Source: Escherichia coli
GTDB lineage: Bacteria > Pseudomonadota > Gammaproteobacteria > Enterobacterales > Enterobacteriaceae
Reading direction: 5' to 3' (one strand)
DNA: 64,000 nt
Assembly (NCBI RefSeq): GCF_030013205.1
Contig: NZ_CP122648.1
Positions 42,875 through 54,477 of this stretch are shown here, in pieces. Made by a program: the position numbers and the translations under genes. Positions within the stretch are counted from its first letter, which is position 1, and every line of letters begins with the position of its first letter. Under the pieces are notes generated by a model. The model saw only the letters and a program-made list of their open reading frames with translations. It made no database searches and was not told the DNA's origin.

Positions 42875-44578
42875 ATCAACTTTATTGTCGTCACCAAAGG
42901 GGCCGAGCGTATTTCCGAGGTTTCTGCCCGCTTTACCCTGGACGCGATGCCTGGCAAACAGATGGCGATTGACGCCGATCTTAACGCCGGGTTGATCAAC
43001 CAGGCGCAGGCGCAAACCCGGCGTAAAGATGTTGCCAGCGAGGCCGATTTCTACGGCGCGATGGACGGGGCATCGAAGTTTGTGCGCGGGGATGCCATCG
43101 CCGGGATGATGATTCTGGCGATCAACCTGATCGGCGGCGTCTGTATCGGGATCTTCAAATACAACCTGAGCGCCGATGCCGCCTTCCAGCAATATGTGCT
43201 GATGACCATCGGCGACGGCCTGGTGGCGCAGATCCCTTCCCTGCTGCTCTCCACCGCGGCGGCGATTATCGTCACCCGCGTCAGCGACAACGGCGATATC
43301 GCCCATGACGTGCGCCACCAGCTGCTGGCAAGCCCGTCGGTGCTCTACACCGCTACCGGAATTATGTTTGTGCTGGCGGTGGTGCCGGGGATGCCGCATC
43401 TGCCGTTTTTGCTGTTCAGCGCCCTGCTTGGTTTTACCGGCTGGCGGATGAGCAAACGCCCGCAGGCGGCGGAGGCGGAAGAGAAAAGCCTCGAAACACT
43501 GACCCGCACTATCACTGAAACCCGCGAGCAACAGGTCAGTTGGGAAACCATTCCGCTGATCGAGCCTATCAGCTTAAGCCTTGGCTACAAGCTGGTGGCA
43601 CTGGTGGATAAAGCGCAGGGGAACCCGCTCACCCAGCGGATTCGCGGCGTGCGGCAGGTGATATCCGACGGTAACGGCGTACTGCTGCCGGAGATCCGTA
43701 TTCGGGAAAACTTCCGTCTCAAGCCCAGCCAGTACGCCATTTTCATCAACGGCATAAAGGCTGATGAAGCGGATATTCCGGTGGATAAACTGATGGCGCT
43801 GCCCTCCAGCGAAACCTACGGCGAGATTGACGGCGTGCTGGGGAACGACCCGGCGTACGGGATGCCCGTGACCTGGATTCAGCCTGCGCAGAAAGCGAAG
43901 GCGCTGAATATGGGGTATCAGGTGATCGACAGCGCCAGCGTGATTGCTACCCATGTGAACAAGATTGTGCGCAGCTATATTCCTGATTTGTTTAACTATG
44001 ATGATATTACTCAGCTGCATAACCGTTTATCGTCGATGGCTCCACGGCTGGCGGAAGATTTGAGCGCGGCGCTGAATTACAGCCAGCTGCTGAAAGTGTA
44101 CCGCGCGCTGCTGACCGAAGGCGTTTCCCTGCGCGATATCGTCACTATCGCCACCGTGCTGGTTGCCAGTAGCGCGGTGACCAAAGATCATATTCTGCTG
44201 GCGGCAGATGTGCGCCTGGCGCTGCGGCGCAGCATTACCCATCCGTTCGTTCGCAAGCAGGAGCTGACGGTGTATACGCTGAATAATGAGCTGGAAAATC
44301 TGCTGACCAACGTGGTGAATCAGGCGCAACAGGCCGGCAAAGTGATGCTCGATAGCGTGCCGGTGGACCCGAATATGCTCAACCAGTTCCAGAGCACGAT
44401 GCCGCAGGTGAAGGAGCAGATGAAAGCGGCGGGGAAAGACCCTGTGCTGCTGGTGCCGCCGCAGTTGCGTCCTTTGCTGGCGCGTTATGCAAGGTTGTTT
44501 GCGCCGGGGCTGCATGTGCTGTCGTATAACGAAGTGCCGGACGAGCTGGAGTTGAAGATTATGGGGGCGTTGAGTTGA
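42875..44578 (+). pseudogene. lfhA: Flag-2 FlhA homolog LfhA, lacking about the first 115 codons
   Basis: Similarity to FlhA starts at the conserved FTLDAMPGKQMAIDADLNAGLI (roughly FlhA residue 130); 5' end overlaps lafU antisense. Confidence 0.75.
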
Positions 44579-44661
44579 TTGAGGAATCTTTTCCATGCTT
44601 TGCAGCACCTGACACCATTAATTGACGTCACACTGCAAAGAGACTACGATGACACCATACA

Positions 44662-44961
44662 ATGATGTCATGGATTGATAGTATGATTAAGGTCAGCGCG
44701 CTAGGCTCTCGTCATAGAAAAACATTCGACGATGTAATGACGGAGCCGCCAAAATCTGGAATTAAATGGGATGATGTTGTTGCACTCATTAAAGCTGTGG
44801 GTGGAACAATAAAAAATAACAACGGCTCCAGACGAAAATTTCAGATTGGAACGACCAAATTCAGCACACATGAGCCACATCCAAAGAATGTGATGGATAA
44901 AGGCGCAGTAGCAGGTCTTAAGGAGTGGTTTGTTAACTGTGTAGGGGTAGATTATGAATAA
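44662..44961 (+). CDS. HicA-like toxin (YcfA family) candidate
   Basis: Core ...NGSRRKFQIGTTKFSTHEPHPKNVMDKGAVAGLKEW resembles the HicA GSHH...PHP motif; start uncertain (44662 or 44683). Confidence 0.55.
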   Translation: MMSWIDSMIKVSALGSRHRKTFDDVMTEPPKSGIKWDDVVALIKAVGGTIKNNNGSRRKFQIGTTKFSTHEPHPKNVMDKGAVAGLKEWFVNCVGVDYE

Positions 44962-45310
44962 AGCATCGAACATTATCACAATTAAAGGTCAACCAGCCGC
45001 AGTGACATTTGAAGCCGATATCAACGCATTTCGCGGCAAGTTCCTCAATGTAAACGGTTATTGTGACTTTGTAGCCACAAGTATTGAGGCATTATATCGT
45101 GAAGGCGAAAGCGCGCTGGATGAGTGGATGGCGGATTGTGAAGAGGACGGTATTGCCCCTTTTCGTGAAGAAGAAGAGCAAAAACGCCTGACGCTTCGTG
45201 TTCCTCATCACATTGATTCGCGGCTGACCATCGTCGCCAGACAACATTCCATTTCAAAAAACCAGCTCATTGTTGATGTCTTAGAACGTGAGTTTTCAGC
45301 CCAGATGTAA
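44954..45310 (+). CDS. HicB-like antitoxin with C-terminal ribbon-helix-helix
   Basis: 118 aa; overlaps the upstream gene by 8 nt; C-terminal RHH-like segment (RLTLRVPHHIDSRLTIVARQHSISKNQLIVDVLE). Confidence 0.55.
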   Translation: MNKASNIITIKGQPAAVTFEADINAFRGKFLNVNGYCDFVATSIEALYREGESALDEWMADCEEDGIAPFREEEEQKRLTLRVPHHIDSRLTIVARQHSISKNQLIVDVLEREFSAQM

Positions 45311-45313
45311 ACA

Positions 45314-45345
45314 GGTCGGATGCCGCGTGGCATCCGACCTTTTGC
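45314..45345 (+). terminator. Terminator hairpin after the hicB-like gene
   Basis: GGTCGGATGCC-gcgt-GGCATCCGACC followed by TTTTG. Confidence 0.45.
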
Positions 45346-45366
45346 CAGTTCGTCAATATTACCCAT

Positions 45367-46125
45367 TTACAAAATCGTCTCTTCCGTCAAAATCCGGCGC
45401 GCGCCTAAAAAATGGTCCTGCCAGAAAGGTTCAGCTAACCGACTTACCCGTATGGTTTCCCCGGTGCGCGGCGACTCAATAAACTGTCCATCGCCCAGAT
45501 ACACGCCCATATGGTCGGCAATCTCGCGGCTGTGGATATGAAAAAACAGCAAATCTCCCCGGCGCAGGTCGTTATTCGCCACAATGGTTGCCCGGCGATA
45601 GTGATACATCTCATTAGCCGTGCGTGGGAGCTTCGCCTCGAGGATCTTGTTGTAGGCATAAAAAACCAACCCGCTACAGTCGAAGCCTTGATCGGGCCGC
45701 GTGCCGCCCCAGACGTAAGGCTTGCCAAGCTGCTGCTCCAGGCGGTGAATCGCCACTTCGGTGATGTTGTGTAGATGGTCGCTGCTTAAGAAATGGTTGT
45801 TCTCCGCCAGCGCCTGCCAGCGTCTGTCACTTGCCTTGAGCGGCGCAGGAAACCATTCTGGATGCTGTTTTATCTGTTCGCGGTTGTGCTGGCGCAGCGC
45901 CTTTCTGCTTTCGGCATTGCCTTCCACAATATAGCTGGCCTGTTTTTTCAGATGGGTTTGGTACTGTTTTAATAAACGCGCACGGTTTTGCATCCGCTGG
46001 CGGGCGGCGTAGCTGAAAGAGATATGTGATGTGGTGGCGCTGGCGAGTAAAGGGAGCAAAACGCATAACGAAAACACGCCTGGATGCAGAAATCTGCCGA
46101 GCAAGAACGAAGACATGAAGGACAT
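45367..46125 (-). CDS. yafL: NlpC/P60-family peptidoglycan hydrolase lipoprotein YafL
   Basis: About 250 aa; signal peptide; catalytic Cys motif (DCSGLV) and His. Confidence 0.85.
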   Translation of the reverse strand: MSFMSSFLLGRFLHPGVFSLCVLLPLLASATTSHISFSYAARQRMQNRARLLKQYQTHLKKQASYIVEGNAESRKALRQHNREQIKQHPEWFPAPLKASDRRWQALAENNHFLSSDHLHNITEVAIHRLEQQLGKPYVWGGTRPDQGFDCSGLVFYAYNKILEAKLPRTANEMYHYRRATIVANNDLRRGDLLFFHIHSREIADHMGVYLGDGQFIESPRTGETIRVSRLAEPFWQDHFLGARRILTEETIL

Positions 46126-46416
46126 AAACCGGCTGAATGAAGGTGAGAATTTTAAAAGACCAGAGGAGTAAACGGGATTATTAATTGCTTATTTGCATAT
46201 TACTATTGAGGTTTCATAATCTTAGGAAATAAATGATACATGCGCTTTTCGGACTATTGAAAACTGCCCCTGTGCTAAATTTGTAAACCCTGCGCCGACA
46301 GGCTTGCGTAAAACTCTTTTGGTGATAATGTGAGCCTTCCCAATCCAGACTATTCCGATTTGGGATCCATTTTGCCGTCCTGGCGTGTGTAACCGTTTTA
46401 TCAAGGAATAAGCAGT

Positions 46417-47157
46417 ATGCGTAAAATCGCATTAATTCTTGCGATGTTGTTGATCCCGTGCGTTTCGTTTGCCGGTTTGCTGGGCAGCAGTAGCTCGACC
46501 ACGCCAGTGAGCAAAGAGTATAAGCAGCAGTTGATGGGATCCCCTGTCTACATCCAGATCTTCAAGGAAGAACGTACACTCGATCTCTACGTCAAAATGG
46601 GCGAGCAATATCAACTGCTCGACAGCTATAAAATCTGTAAATATTCCGGCGGCTTAGGGCCAAAACAGCGTCAGGGCGATTTCAAAAGCCCGGAAGGGTT
46701 TTATAGCGTCCAGCGTAATCAGTTAAAACCAGACAGCCGTTACTACAAAGCGATTAATATTGGATTCCCCAATGCCTATGACCGTGCGCATGGTTATGAA
46801 GGGAAATATCTGATGATCCACGGCGATTGTGTTTCCATCGGCTGCTACGCGATGACCAATCAGGGTATTGATGAGATCTTCCAGTTCGTTACTGGTGCGC
46901 TGGTTTTTGGTCAGCCGAGCGTGCAAGTGAGTATTTACCCGTTCCGCATGACCGACGCCAATATGAAGCGCCATAAATATTCCAACTTTAAGGACTTCTG
47001 GGAGCAACTGAAACCGGGCTACGACTACTTTGAGCAAACCCGTAAGCCACCGACCGTTTCTGTGGTCAATGGCCGTTACGTGGTCAGCAAGCCGTTAAGC
47101 CACGAAGTTGTGCAACCACAGCTGGCATCAAACTACACGCTCCCCGAGGCAAAATAA
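46417..47157 (+). CDS. yafK: L,D-transpeptidase-family protein YafK (DpaA/LdtF)
   Basis: 246 aa; signal peptide; YkuD-like domain. Confidence 0.9.
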   Translation: MRKIALILAMLLIPCVSFAGLLGSSSSTTPVSKEYKQQLMGSPVYIQIFKEERTLDLYVKMGEQYQLLDSYKICKYSGGLGPKQRQGDFKSPEGFYSVQRNQLKPDSRYYKAINIGFPNAYDRAHGYEGKYLMIHGDCVSIGCYAMTNQGIDEIFQFVTGALVFGQPSVQVSIYPFRMTDANMKRHKYSNFKDFWEQLKPGYDYFEQTRKPPTVSVVNGRYVVSKPLSHEVVQPQLASNYTLPEAK

Positions 47158-47895
47158 GCGCCATTCGCCTGGCATAATCTTTTGCCAGGTTTCATTGCCC
47201 GTCAGCGGCTGTGTCGCAATCACCGTGACCACATCATTCGGTGTGGTCTGCGAGCTGAAGTCGATTTCCACATCCTGATCCAGCAACGTTGCCACGCCAA
47301 ACGGCGCGCGGCGGGTGATCCAGTGTAAATTAGTCGAGCAATACGCCATTACATAGCGCCCGTCAGAAAGCAGCATGTTGAAAACGCCCTTCTGCCGCAG
47401 TTCATCCGCCAGTGAGGCGATATATTTAAACACTGCCGCCATGTTGCCCGGTGTGCGCGGGTAACGCTGCGTTAATTTATGCAGGAGCCAGCAGAAGGCT
47501 TTTTCGCTGTCGGTTTCACCGACCGGGCGGAAGTTGCCGGTTTCCAGTGATTTGTATCCCGTCAGTTGTCCGTTATGGGCATAAGTCCAGTTACGCCCCC
47601 ATAACTCGCGGGTAAACGGGTGAGTATTTTCCAGCGCCACCTCGCCCCGATTCGCCTGGCGAATATGAGCCACCACCGAACAGGATTTTATCGGGTAGTC
47701 CTGGACAAGTTTGGCGATGGGGGAATTAAAGCTGGGTTGCGGATCTTTAAATGTGCGACAGCCTTTACCTTCGTAAAAGGTAATGCCCCAGCCATCTTTA
47801 TGTGGCCCGGTTCCACCACCACGCTGTACAAGTCCGGTGAAACTAAAGCAGATATCGGTAGGGACGTTGGCGCTCATCCCGAGCAATTCGCACAT
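47128..47895 (-). CDS. yafJ: Class II glutamine amidotransferase YafJ
   Basis: Start MCELLGMS (nucleophilic Cys2), 255 aa; 3' end overlaps yafK convergently. Confidence 0.9.
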   Translation of the reverse strand: MCELLGMSANVPTDICFSFTGLVQRGGGTGPHKDGWGITFYEGKGCRTFKDPQPSFNSPIAKLVQDYPIKSCSVVAHIRQANRGEVALENTHPFTRELWGRNWTYAHNGQLTGYKSLETGNFRPVGETDSEKAFCWLLHKLTQRYPRTPGNMAAVFKYIASLADELRQKGVFNMLLSDGRYVMAYCSTNLHWITRRAPFGVATLLDQDVEIDFSSQTTPNDVVTVIATQPLTGNETWQKIMPGEWRLFCLGERVV

Positions 47896-47957
47896 AGGTA
47901 ACCTCCACAACAGCGGGAGCGCATGGCCCCCGGCGAAGATTGATTTAAGTATTTTCA

Positions 47958-47996
47958 GGTCGGATGCGGCGTAAACGCATTATTCGGCCTACGCCA
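47958..47996. repeat. REP (repetitive extragenic palindromic) element
   Basis: GGTCGGATGCGGCGTAAACGCATTATTCGGCCTACGCC resembles the E. coli REP consensus. Confidence 0.55.
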
Positions 47997-47999
47997 GAC

Positions 48000-48578
48000 T
48001 TACTTAACCATCTCTTTTTCAATTAACTGGATCAGGATATGGATCACTTTAATGTGGATCTCCTGAATGCGGTCGGCATAACCAAAGTGCGGTACGCGAA
48101 TTTCGATATCCGCTGTGCCAGCCATTTTACCGCCGTCTTTACCGGTCAGGGTGATCACTTTCATCCCCTTCTCACGCGCCGCCGCGATCGCTTTGATCAC
48201 GTTTGCAGAGTTACCGGAGGTGGAGATCCCCAGTAGTACATCGCCTTCGCGACCTACCGCTTCAACGTAACGGGAGAAAATATCGTTGAAACCAAAATCG
48301 TTACCGACGCAGGAAATATGACTAACGTCAGAAATGGCAATCGCCGGATAGCCCGGACGGTTTTCACGGTAGCGCCCCGTCAACTCTTCGGCAAAGTGCA
48401 TAGCGTCGCAATGGGAGCCGCCGTTGCCACAGGAAAGCACTTTGCCACCAGCTTTAAAACTGTCTGCTAACAGGACCGCCGCGCGCTGAATGGCGTGAAT
48501 ATTGGCGTCATCTTTTAAAAAGTTAGCCAGCGTTTCCGCCGCTTCGTTCAGTTCGTTACGAATAAGATCCTGGTACAT
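48000..48578 (-). CDS. gmhA: Phosphoheptose isomerase
   Basis: 192 aa from [15 protein letters not shown]; the track ORF is 5'-extended. Confidence 0.95.
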
Positions 48579-48779
48579 GAGGATATCCTTCAGCATAAAT
48601 GTAATAGACAAAATGCAGTGTACCGGATACCGCCAAAAGCGAGAAGTACGGGCAGGTGCTATGACCAGGACTTTTTGACCTGAAGTGCGGATAAAAACAG
48701 CAACAATGTGAGCTTTGTTGTAATTATATTGTAAACACATTGATAAATATTTTTACATCCACTACAACCATATCATCAC

Positions 48780-48796
48780 AAGTGGTCAGACCTCCT
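48780..48796. promoter_or_regulatory. Candidate FadR operator in the fadE promoter
   Basis: AAGTGGTCAGACCTCCT contains the TGGTCAGACC core of FadR sites, about 25 bp upstream of the fadE start. Confidence 0.5.
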
Positions 48797-48817
48797 ACAA
48801 GTAAGGGGCTTTTCGTT

Positions 48818-51262
48818 ATGATGATTTTGAGTATTCTCGCTACGGTTGTCCTGCTCGGCGCGTTGTTCTATCACCGCGTGAGCTTATTTATCAGCAGTCT
48901 GATTTTGCTCGCCTGGACAGCCGCCCTCGGCGTTGCTGGTCTGTGGTCGGCGTGGGTACTGGTGCCGCTGGCCATTATCCTCGTGCCGTTTAACTTTGCA
49001 CCTATGCGTAAGTCGATGATTTCCGCGCCGGTATTTCGCGGTTTCCGTAAGGTGATGCCGCCGATGTCGCGCACTGAGAAAGAAGCGATTGATGCGGGCA
49101 CCACCTGGTGGGAGGGCGACTTGTTCCAGGGCAAGCCGGACTGGAAAAAGCTGCATAACTATCCGCAGCCGCGCCTGACCGCCGAAGAGCAAGCGTTTCT
49201 CGACGGCCCGGTAGAAGAAGCTTGCCGGATGGCGAATGATTTCCAGATTACTCATGAGCTGGCGGATCTGCCGCCGGAGTTGTGGGCGTACCTTAAAGAG
49301 CATCGTTTCTTCGCGATGATCATCAAAAAAGAGTACGGCGGGCTGGAGTTCTCAGCTTATGCCCAGTCTCGCGTGCTGCAAAAACTTTCCGGCGTGAGCG
49401 GAATCCTGGCGATTACCGTTGGCGTGCCGAACTCATTAGGCCCGGGCGAACTGCTGCAACATTACGGCACTGACGAGCAGAAAAATCACTATCTGCCGCG
49501 TCTGGCGCGTGGTCAGGAGATCCCTTGCTTTGCGCTAACCAGCCCGGAAGCGGGTTCCGATGCGGGCGCGATTCCGGATACCGGGATTGTCTGCATGGGC
49601 GAATGGCAGGGCCAGCAGGTGCTGGGGATGCGTCTGACCTGGAACAAACGCTACATTACGCTGGCACCGATTGCGACCGTGCTTGGTCTGGCGTTTAAAC
49701 TCTCCGACCCGGAAAAACTACTGGGTGGCGCAGAAGATTTAGGTATTACCTGTGCGCTGATCCCGACCACCACGCCGGGCGTGGAAATTGGTCGTCGCCA
49801 CTTCCCGCTGAACGTACCGTTCCAGAACGGACCGACGCGTGGTAAAGATGTGTTCGTACCGATCGATTACATCATCGGCGGGCCGAAAATGGCCGGACAA
49901 GGCTGGCGGATGCTGGTGGAGTGTCTCTCGGTAGGCCGTGGCATCACCCTGCCTTCCAACTCAACCGGAGGTGTGAAATCGGTAGCGCTGGCAACGGGCG
50001 CGTATGCGCACATTCGCCGTCAGTTCAAAATCTCTATTGGTAAGATGGAAGGGATTGAAGAGCCGCTGGCGCGTATTGCCGGTAATGCCTATGTGATGGA
50101 TGCTGCGGCGTCGCTGATTACCTATGGCATTATGCTCGGTGAAAAACCTGCCGTGCTGTCGGCTATCGTTAAGTATCACTGTACCCACCGCGGGCAGCAG
50201 TCGATTATTGATGCGATGGATATCACTGGTGGCAAAGGCATTATGCTCGGGCAGAGCAACTTCCTGGCGCGTGCTTACCAGGGCGCACCGATTGCCATCA
50301 CCGTTGAAGGGGCCAACATTCTGACCCGCAGCATGATGATCTTCGGACAAGGAGCGATTCGTTGCCATCCGTACGTGCTGGAAGAGATGGAAGCGGCGAA
50401 GAACAATGACGTCAACGCGTTCGATAAACTCCTGTTTAAACATATCGGTCACGTCGGTAGCAACAAAGTTCGCAGCTTCTGGCTGGGCCTGACGCGCGGT
50501 TTAACCAGCAGCACGCCAACCGGCGATGCCACTAAACGCTACTATCAGCACCTGAACCGCCTGAGCGCCAACCTCGCCCTGCTTTCTGATGTCTCGATGG
50601 CTGTGCTGGGCGGCAGCCTGAAACGTCGTGAGCGTATCTCGGCACGTCTGGGTGATATTTTAAGCCAGCTTTACCTCGCCTCTGCCGTTCTGAAGCGTTA
50701 TGACGACGAAGGCCGTAATGAAGCCGATCTGCCGCTGGTGCACTGGGGCGTACAGGATGCGCTGTATCAGGCAGAACAGGCGATGGACGATTTACTGCAA
50801 AACTTCCCGAACCGCGTGGTTGCCGGGCTGCTGAATGTGGTGATCTTCCCGACCGGACGTCATTATCTGGCACCGTCTGACAAGCTGGATCATAAGGTGG
50901 CGAAGATTTTACAAGTGCCGAACGCCACCCGTTCACGTATTGGTCGCGGTCAGTACCTGACGCCGAGCGAGCATAACCCGGTTGGTTTACTGGAAGAGGC
51001 GCTAGTGGATGTGATTGCCGCCGACCCGATTCATCAGCGGATCTGTAAAGATCTGGGTAAAAACCTGCCGTTTACCCGTCTGGATGAACTGGCGCACAAC
51101 GCACTGGCGAAGGGGCTGATTGATAAAGATGAAGCCGCTATTCTGGTGAAAGCTGAAGAAAGCCGTCTGCGTAGTATTAACGTTGATGACTTTGATCCGG
51201 AAGAGCTGGCGACGAAGCCGGTAAAGTTGCCGGAGAAAGTGCGGAAAGTTGAAGCCGCGTAA
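48818..51262 (+). CDS. fadE: Acyl-CoA dehydrogenase FadE
   Basis: 814 aa from [14 protein letters not shown]; the track ORF starts 78 nt upstream at an earlier start codon. Confidence 0.95.
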   Translation: MMILSILATVVLLGALFYHRVSLFISSLILLAWTAALGVAGLWSAWVLVPLAIILVPFNFAPMRKSMISAPVFRGFRKVMPPMSRTEKEAIDAGTTWWEGDLFQGKPDWKKLHNYPQPRLTAEEQAFLDGPVEEACRMANDFQITHELADLPPELWAYLKEHRFFAMIIKKEYGGLEFSAYAQSRVLQKLSGVSGILAITVGVPNSLGPGELLQHYGTDEQKNHYLPRLARGQEIPCFALTSPEAGSDAGAIPDTGIVCMGEWQGQQVLGMRLTWNKRYITLAPIATVLGLAFKLSDPEKLLGGAEDLGITCALIPTTTPGVEIGRRHFPLNVPFQNGPTRGKDVFVPIDYIIGGPKMAGQGWRMLVECLSVGRGITLPSNSTGGVKSVALATGAYAHIRRQFKISIGKMEGIEEPLARIAGNAYVMDAAASLITYGIMLGEKPAVLSAIVKYHCTHRGQQSIIDAMDITGGKGIMLGQSNFLARAYQGAPIAITVEGANILTRSMMIFGQGAIRCHPYVLEEMEAAKNNDVNAFDKLLFKHIGHVGSNKVRSFWLGLTRGLTSSTPTGDATKRYYQHLNRLSANLALLSDVSMAVLGGSLKRRERISARLGDILSQLYLASAVLKRYDDEGRNEADLPLVHWGVQDALYQAEQAMDDLLQNFPNRVVAGLLNVVIFPTGRHYLAPSDKLDHKVAKILQVPNATRSRIGRGQYLTPSEHNPVGLLEEALVDVIAADPIHQRICKDLGKNLPFTRLDELAHNALAKGLIDKDEAAILVKAEESRLRSINVDDFDPEELATKPVKLPEKVRKVEAA

Positions 51263-51268
51263 TTGAAT

Positions 51269-51296
51269 AACGGAGCCGAAAGGCTCCGTTTCTTTA
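51269..51296. terminator. Bidirectional terminator between fadE and ivy
   Basis: CGGAGCC-gaaa-GGCTCCG hairpin followed by TTTCTTT. Confidence 0.5.
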
Positions 51297-51304
51297 TCCG
51301 CTAA

Positions 51305-51778
51305 TTATTTAAAATTAAAGCCATCCGGATGGTTTTCCAGGCTGCCGGTCAACGCCGCGAACAGCACCGTTTTACCATCAATCGAAAGCGCATCGTTCAC
51401 ATTCAACCAAGTGAGTTTCTCTTGCGACGTTTTCTCATCAATAGTCGAGAACAGCCCCGTCATCTGATTAGATTTCTCGGACCACATCACAGCGATACGT
51501 TGCGAGCCACAGTCATACGGTTTGCACGCGCTCATCACCTGATACGTCTCATCTCCCAACGTTACGGTTTGTGCGGGAGTATAAGTACCGCCTTTCATCA
51601 CCCATGCAGGTAGCTTATGCCCTTGCACCATCTGATTAAACGCAGCTTTGGTGGTTTCGCCCTTTGCAAGGCTGCTAATGGTTAAATCATCCTGCGCCAT
51701 TGCACTGGTGGCGATGACCAGAGCGGCGACTGTCGTTATTGCCTTAAACATCATTCCTCCCGAGCTTATCCTGCCCAT
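51305..51778 (-). CDS. ivy: Inhibitor of vertebrate lysozyme (Ivy)
   Basis: 157 aa with signal peptide; sequence match including the CKPYDCG region. Confidence 0.9.
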   Translation of the reverse strand: MGRISSGGMMFKAITTVAALVIATSAMAQDDLTISSLAKGETTKAAFNQMVQGHKLPAWVMKGGTYTPAQTVTLGDETYQVMSACKPYDCGSQRIAVMWSEKSNQMTGLFSTIDEKTSQEKLTWLNVNDALSIDGKTVLFAALTGSLENHPDGFNFK

Positions 51779-51931
51779 GTTATTAACCTCCTAAAGCCTG
51801 GCGATAACACGATAATTTGCAAATCAGATATTTCCAATATCAGCATTTGTTATCAATTTATTCTGCGCTAAGGCAACTGCCTGATAAGGTGTTAGAGTTA
51901 TAAAACCCTTCGCATAAAGGAGTTGTACACC

Positions 51932-52702
51932 GTGCCTGGTTTGAAGATTACGCTTTTACAGCAACCACTGGTGTGGATGGATGGTCCTGCCAACCTGCGT
52001 CATTTTGATCGTCAACTGGAAGGTATTACCGGGCGCGATGTGATCGTTCTACCGGAGATGTTTACCAGCGGCTTTGCCATGGAAGCGGCAGCTTCGTCGC
52101 TAGCACAAGATGACGTAGTGAGCTGGATGACAGCCAAAGCGCAGCAGTGCAATGCGCTGATTGCAGGCAGTGTTGCATTACAAACGGAGTCTGGTTCGGT
52201 TAACCGCTTTTTGCTGGTTGAGCCGGGCGGCACGGTACATTTTTATGATAAGCGTCATCTGTTCCGCATGGCAGATGAGCATCTACATTATAAAGCGGGC
52301 AATGCGCGAGTGATTGTGGAATGGCGCGGCTGGCGTATTTTGCCGCTGGTGTGCTACGACTTACGTTTTCCTGTGTGGTCGCGCAATCTCAACGATTATG
52401 ACCTCGCCCTGTACGTCGCCAACTGGCCTGCTCCGCGCTCTCTGCACTGGCAGGCATTGCTGACGGCCCGCGCGATTGAGAATCAGGCGTATGTAGCGGG
52501 ATGCAATCGCGTCGGCAGCGATGGCAACGGCTGCCATTATCGCGGTGACAGCCGGGTGATTAATCCACAAGGCGAGATTATCGCTACTGCCGACGCGCAT
52601 CAGGCAACACGCATTGATGCGGAGCTGTCGATGATGGCATTGCGGGAATATAGAGAAAAGTTTCCGGCATGGCGGGATGCGGATGAGTTTAGGTTGTGGT
52701 GA
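51932..52702 (+). CDS. yafV: Nitrilase-superfamily omega-amidase YafV
   Basis: GTG start at 51932 (MPGLKITLLQQ...), 256 aa; carbon-nitrogen hydrolase motifs. Confidence 0.9.
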   Translation: MPGLKITLLQQPLVWMDGPANLRHFDRQLEGITGRDVIVLPEMFTSGFAMEAAASSLAQDDVVSWMTAKAQQCNALIAGSVALQTESGSVNRFLLVEPGGTVHFYDKRHLFRMADEHLHYKAGNARVIVEWRGWRILPLVCYDLRFPVWSRNLNDYDLALYVANWPAPRSLHWQALLTARAIENQAYVAGCNRVGSDGNGCHYRGDSRVINPQGEIIATADAHQATRIDAELSMMALREYREKFPAWRDADEFRLW

Positions 52703-52742
52703 GTGGGTGTTGTGTTTAGGGCCGGGGAGAGTCAGGGTAAGA

Positions 52743-53879
52743 CTACGAAAGCCCGCTCCCTGCAAGGACTGACGCCAGGTAGTTTCTGTCCATGGCTGCT
52801 TTTCGCATCTTACGTCTTAACCCTGCCTTGAATACATTATCATTCGTTAAAATATTAATAGCGATGTGCCGTATCCCTGAAAATAATTCTGCTGCATTTC
52901 CTCTTCTTATTTTTCAGTCGTCTTTATTCATTACCACGTCCAGACGCCAGTGCAGCTTATTCTCCACGTGCCAGTGGTTTCGGATTGCTGTGGCGAACTT
53001 CTCTGCGGTTAAATCAGCAGAACTGATATAATATCTGACCGTCATTTCTGGCTCTTTCTTTTGTTCTGCTATTATTGACCGAAAGGAGACTGCCACACAT
53101 AATTTCTTCAGTCCTTTCCATTCAAACGTGAAATCAATAAGTTCATCAGGGACATCGCAAACAATATGAAGACGGATTTCTTCTCTGCCGTGACTCTTTT
53201 CACTAATGGCGTAACTGTCATGCTCTGGATTATTTAATTCTTTCAGTGGAAATTTTTCCTCAAAGGCTTTATTAAGCCGCCCCTGATTTCCTTTTACAGC
53301 GAATAAATAATCACCGCCCTGTTTTTGTATCTTCTCTGCAATATCTTTCTGGCAACCCATCGCATCAGTTGTGATGATTTTTCCTTTAATATCCAGCACG
53401 TTAAGAAGTTCAGGGATAGCTGTGATTTCATTGAATTTCTCATCCGTCCTGATCTGTCCGATGACCAGACTGTGCATTGTTGAGAACGCACTAATGACAT
53501 GAATCGCTCCCCTGCGGCGACTCTTGTCATAAGAATGCCGGAGCGTTTTTCCATCAATTGCAATGACGTCTTTATCATCTGAAGAATGGCAGTCACGCAT
53601 CCAGTTAATAAAGCACTCGTGAAATTTTGCAGGACTGATACAGGATACAACTCTGGCAATGGTATCGTGAACAGGAATACCATTTTCAAAATCACCGTAT
53701 TGTTTTAAAAAATCGAGATGTGTTTCCCCAAAATCCTCTATATCTTCCCAACCTTCTGCACCAGAAATAACGGCACAAATAGTCAACAGTAGAATATCCG
53801 ATAATTTATGTTCCACTTTCCAGGCTTGTCTGTAATCGGGAATAATAGAAATATGCTCCATCAATTTTTTAAGTTCCAT
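52743..53879 (-). mobile_element. ISAs1-family (H-repeat) transposase gene, interrupted by in-frame TGA at 52914..52916
   Basis: Track ORF 52914..53879 (321 aa) ends ...[20 protein letters not shown]; the same frame continues past the TGA for 57 codons ([24 protein letters not shown]...SVLAGSGLS) to TAG at 52743, totalling 378 codons. Confidence 0.8.
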
Positions 53880-54099
53880 TTTGTTCTCCTTAATTATGTA
53901 AGGAGTATTTGATCATGTATACGCAATAAAAAACAGCTTCAGGTAATGAGGAATATCTCAATTTTTAAGCATAAAATGCGAATTGTTTAGTACAAAAAAG
54001 CAGCGTTACGTGATCTTTCCCTGCACTTCACCCTAACTTTAATTTAACTTCAAGAAGTATTAAGGCCTCAATAGCGAACTTAATACTTCTTAAAGAATA

Positions 54100-54477
54100 T
54101 CACTCCTGACCAAAATCTTTCCACACTAATGCATGAGACTTTGATTTATCACCCAAAAATTTACTTACATCTTTCCAAAGTAAAGAATTGCTATCGGTCG
54201 CAGTGACTATTGCCTCTATAAGCCCTGTAGCTACAACTGTGGCCAATTCATCATCAATCGAGACCATACCATCTTCGACATGTTTAAATATTTTTTCTCT
54301 TTCAATATCACCCATTTCATAAAAATTTTTTACAATCGTTTTTCCAATCTGAGAGAACAACATAACCACCGGTGGAGTTTCTGGATGCCAGTATTCATTA
54401 GCTAATGAGACTGTCTCAGACAAAACAGTGGAAAACGATGCCATTTTTTCTATATAATTAGCAATATATTGGTTCAT
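54100..54477 (-). CDS. Putative immunity protein for the adjacent Rhs C-terminal toxin
   Basis: 125 aa; start overlaps the Rhs stop, the typical toxin-immunity arrangement; no recognisable motif. Confidence 0.5.
   Translation of the reverse strand: MNQYIANYIEKMASFSTVLSETVSLANEYWHPETPPVVMLFSQIGKTIVKNFYEMGDIEREKIFKHVEDGMVSIDDELATVVATGLIEAIVTATDSNSLLWKDVSKFLGDKSKSHALVWKDFGQE

Noticed and set aside
48740..48817. N-terminal extension of the fadE track ORF (starts 78 nt upstream of 48818)
   Set aside because: The extension overlaps the putative FadR operator and promoter; the conserved FadE N-terminus begins at MMILSIL (48818).
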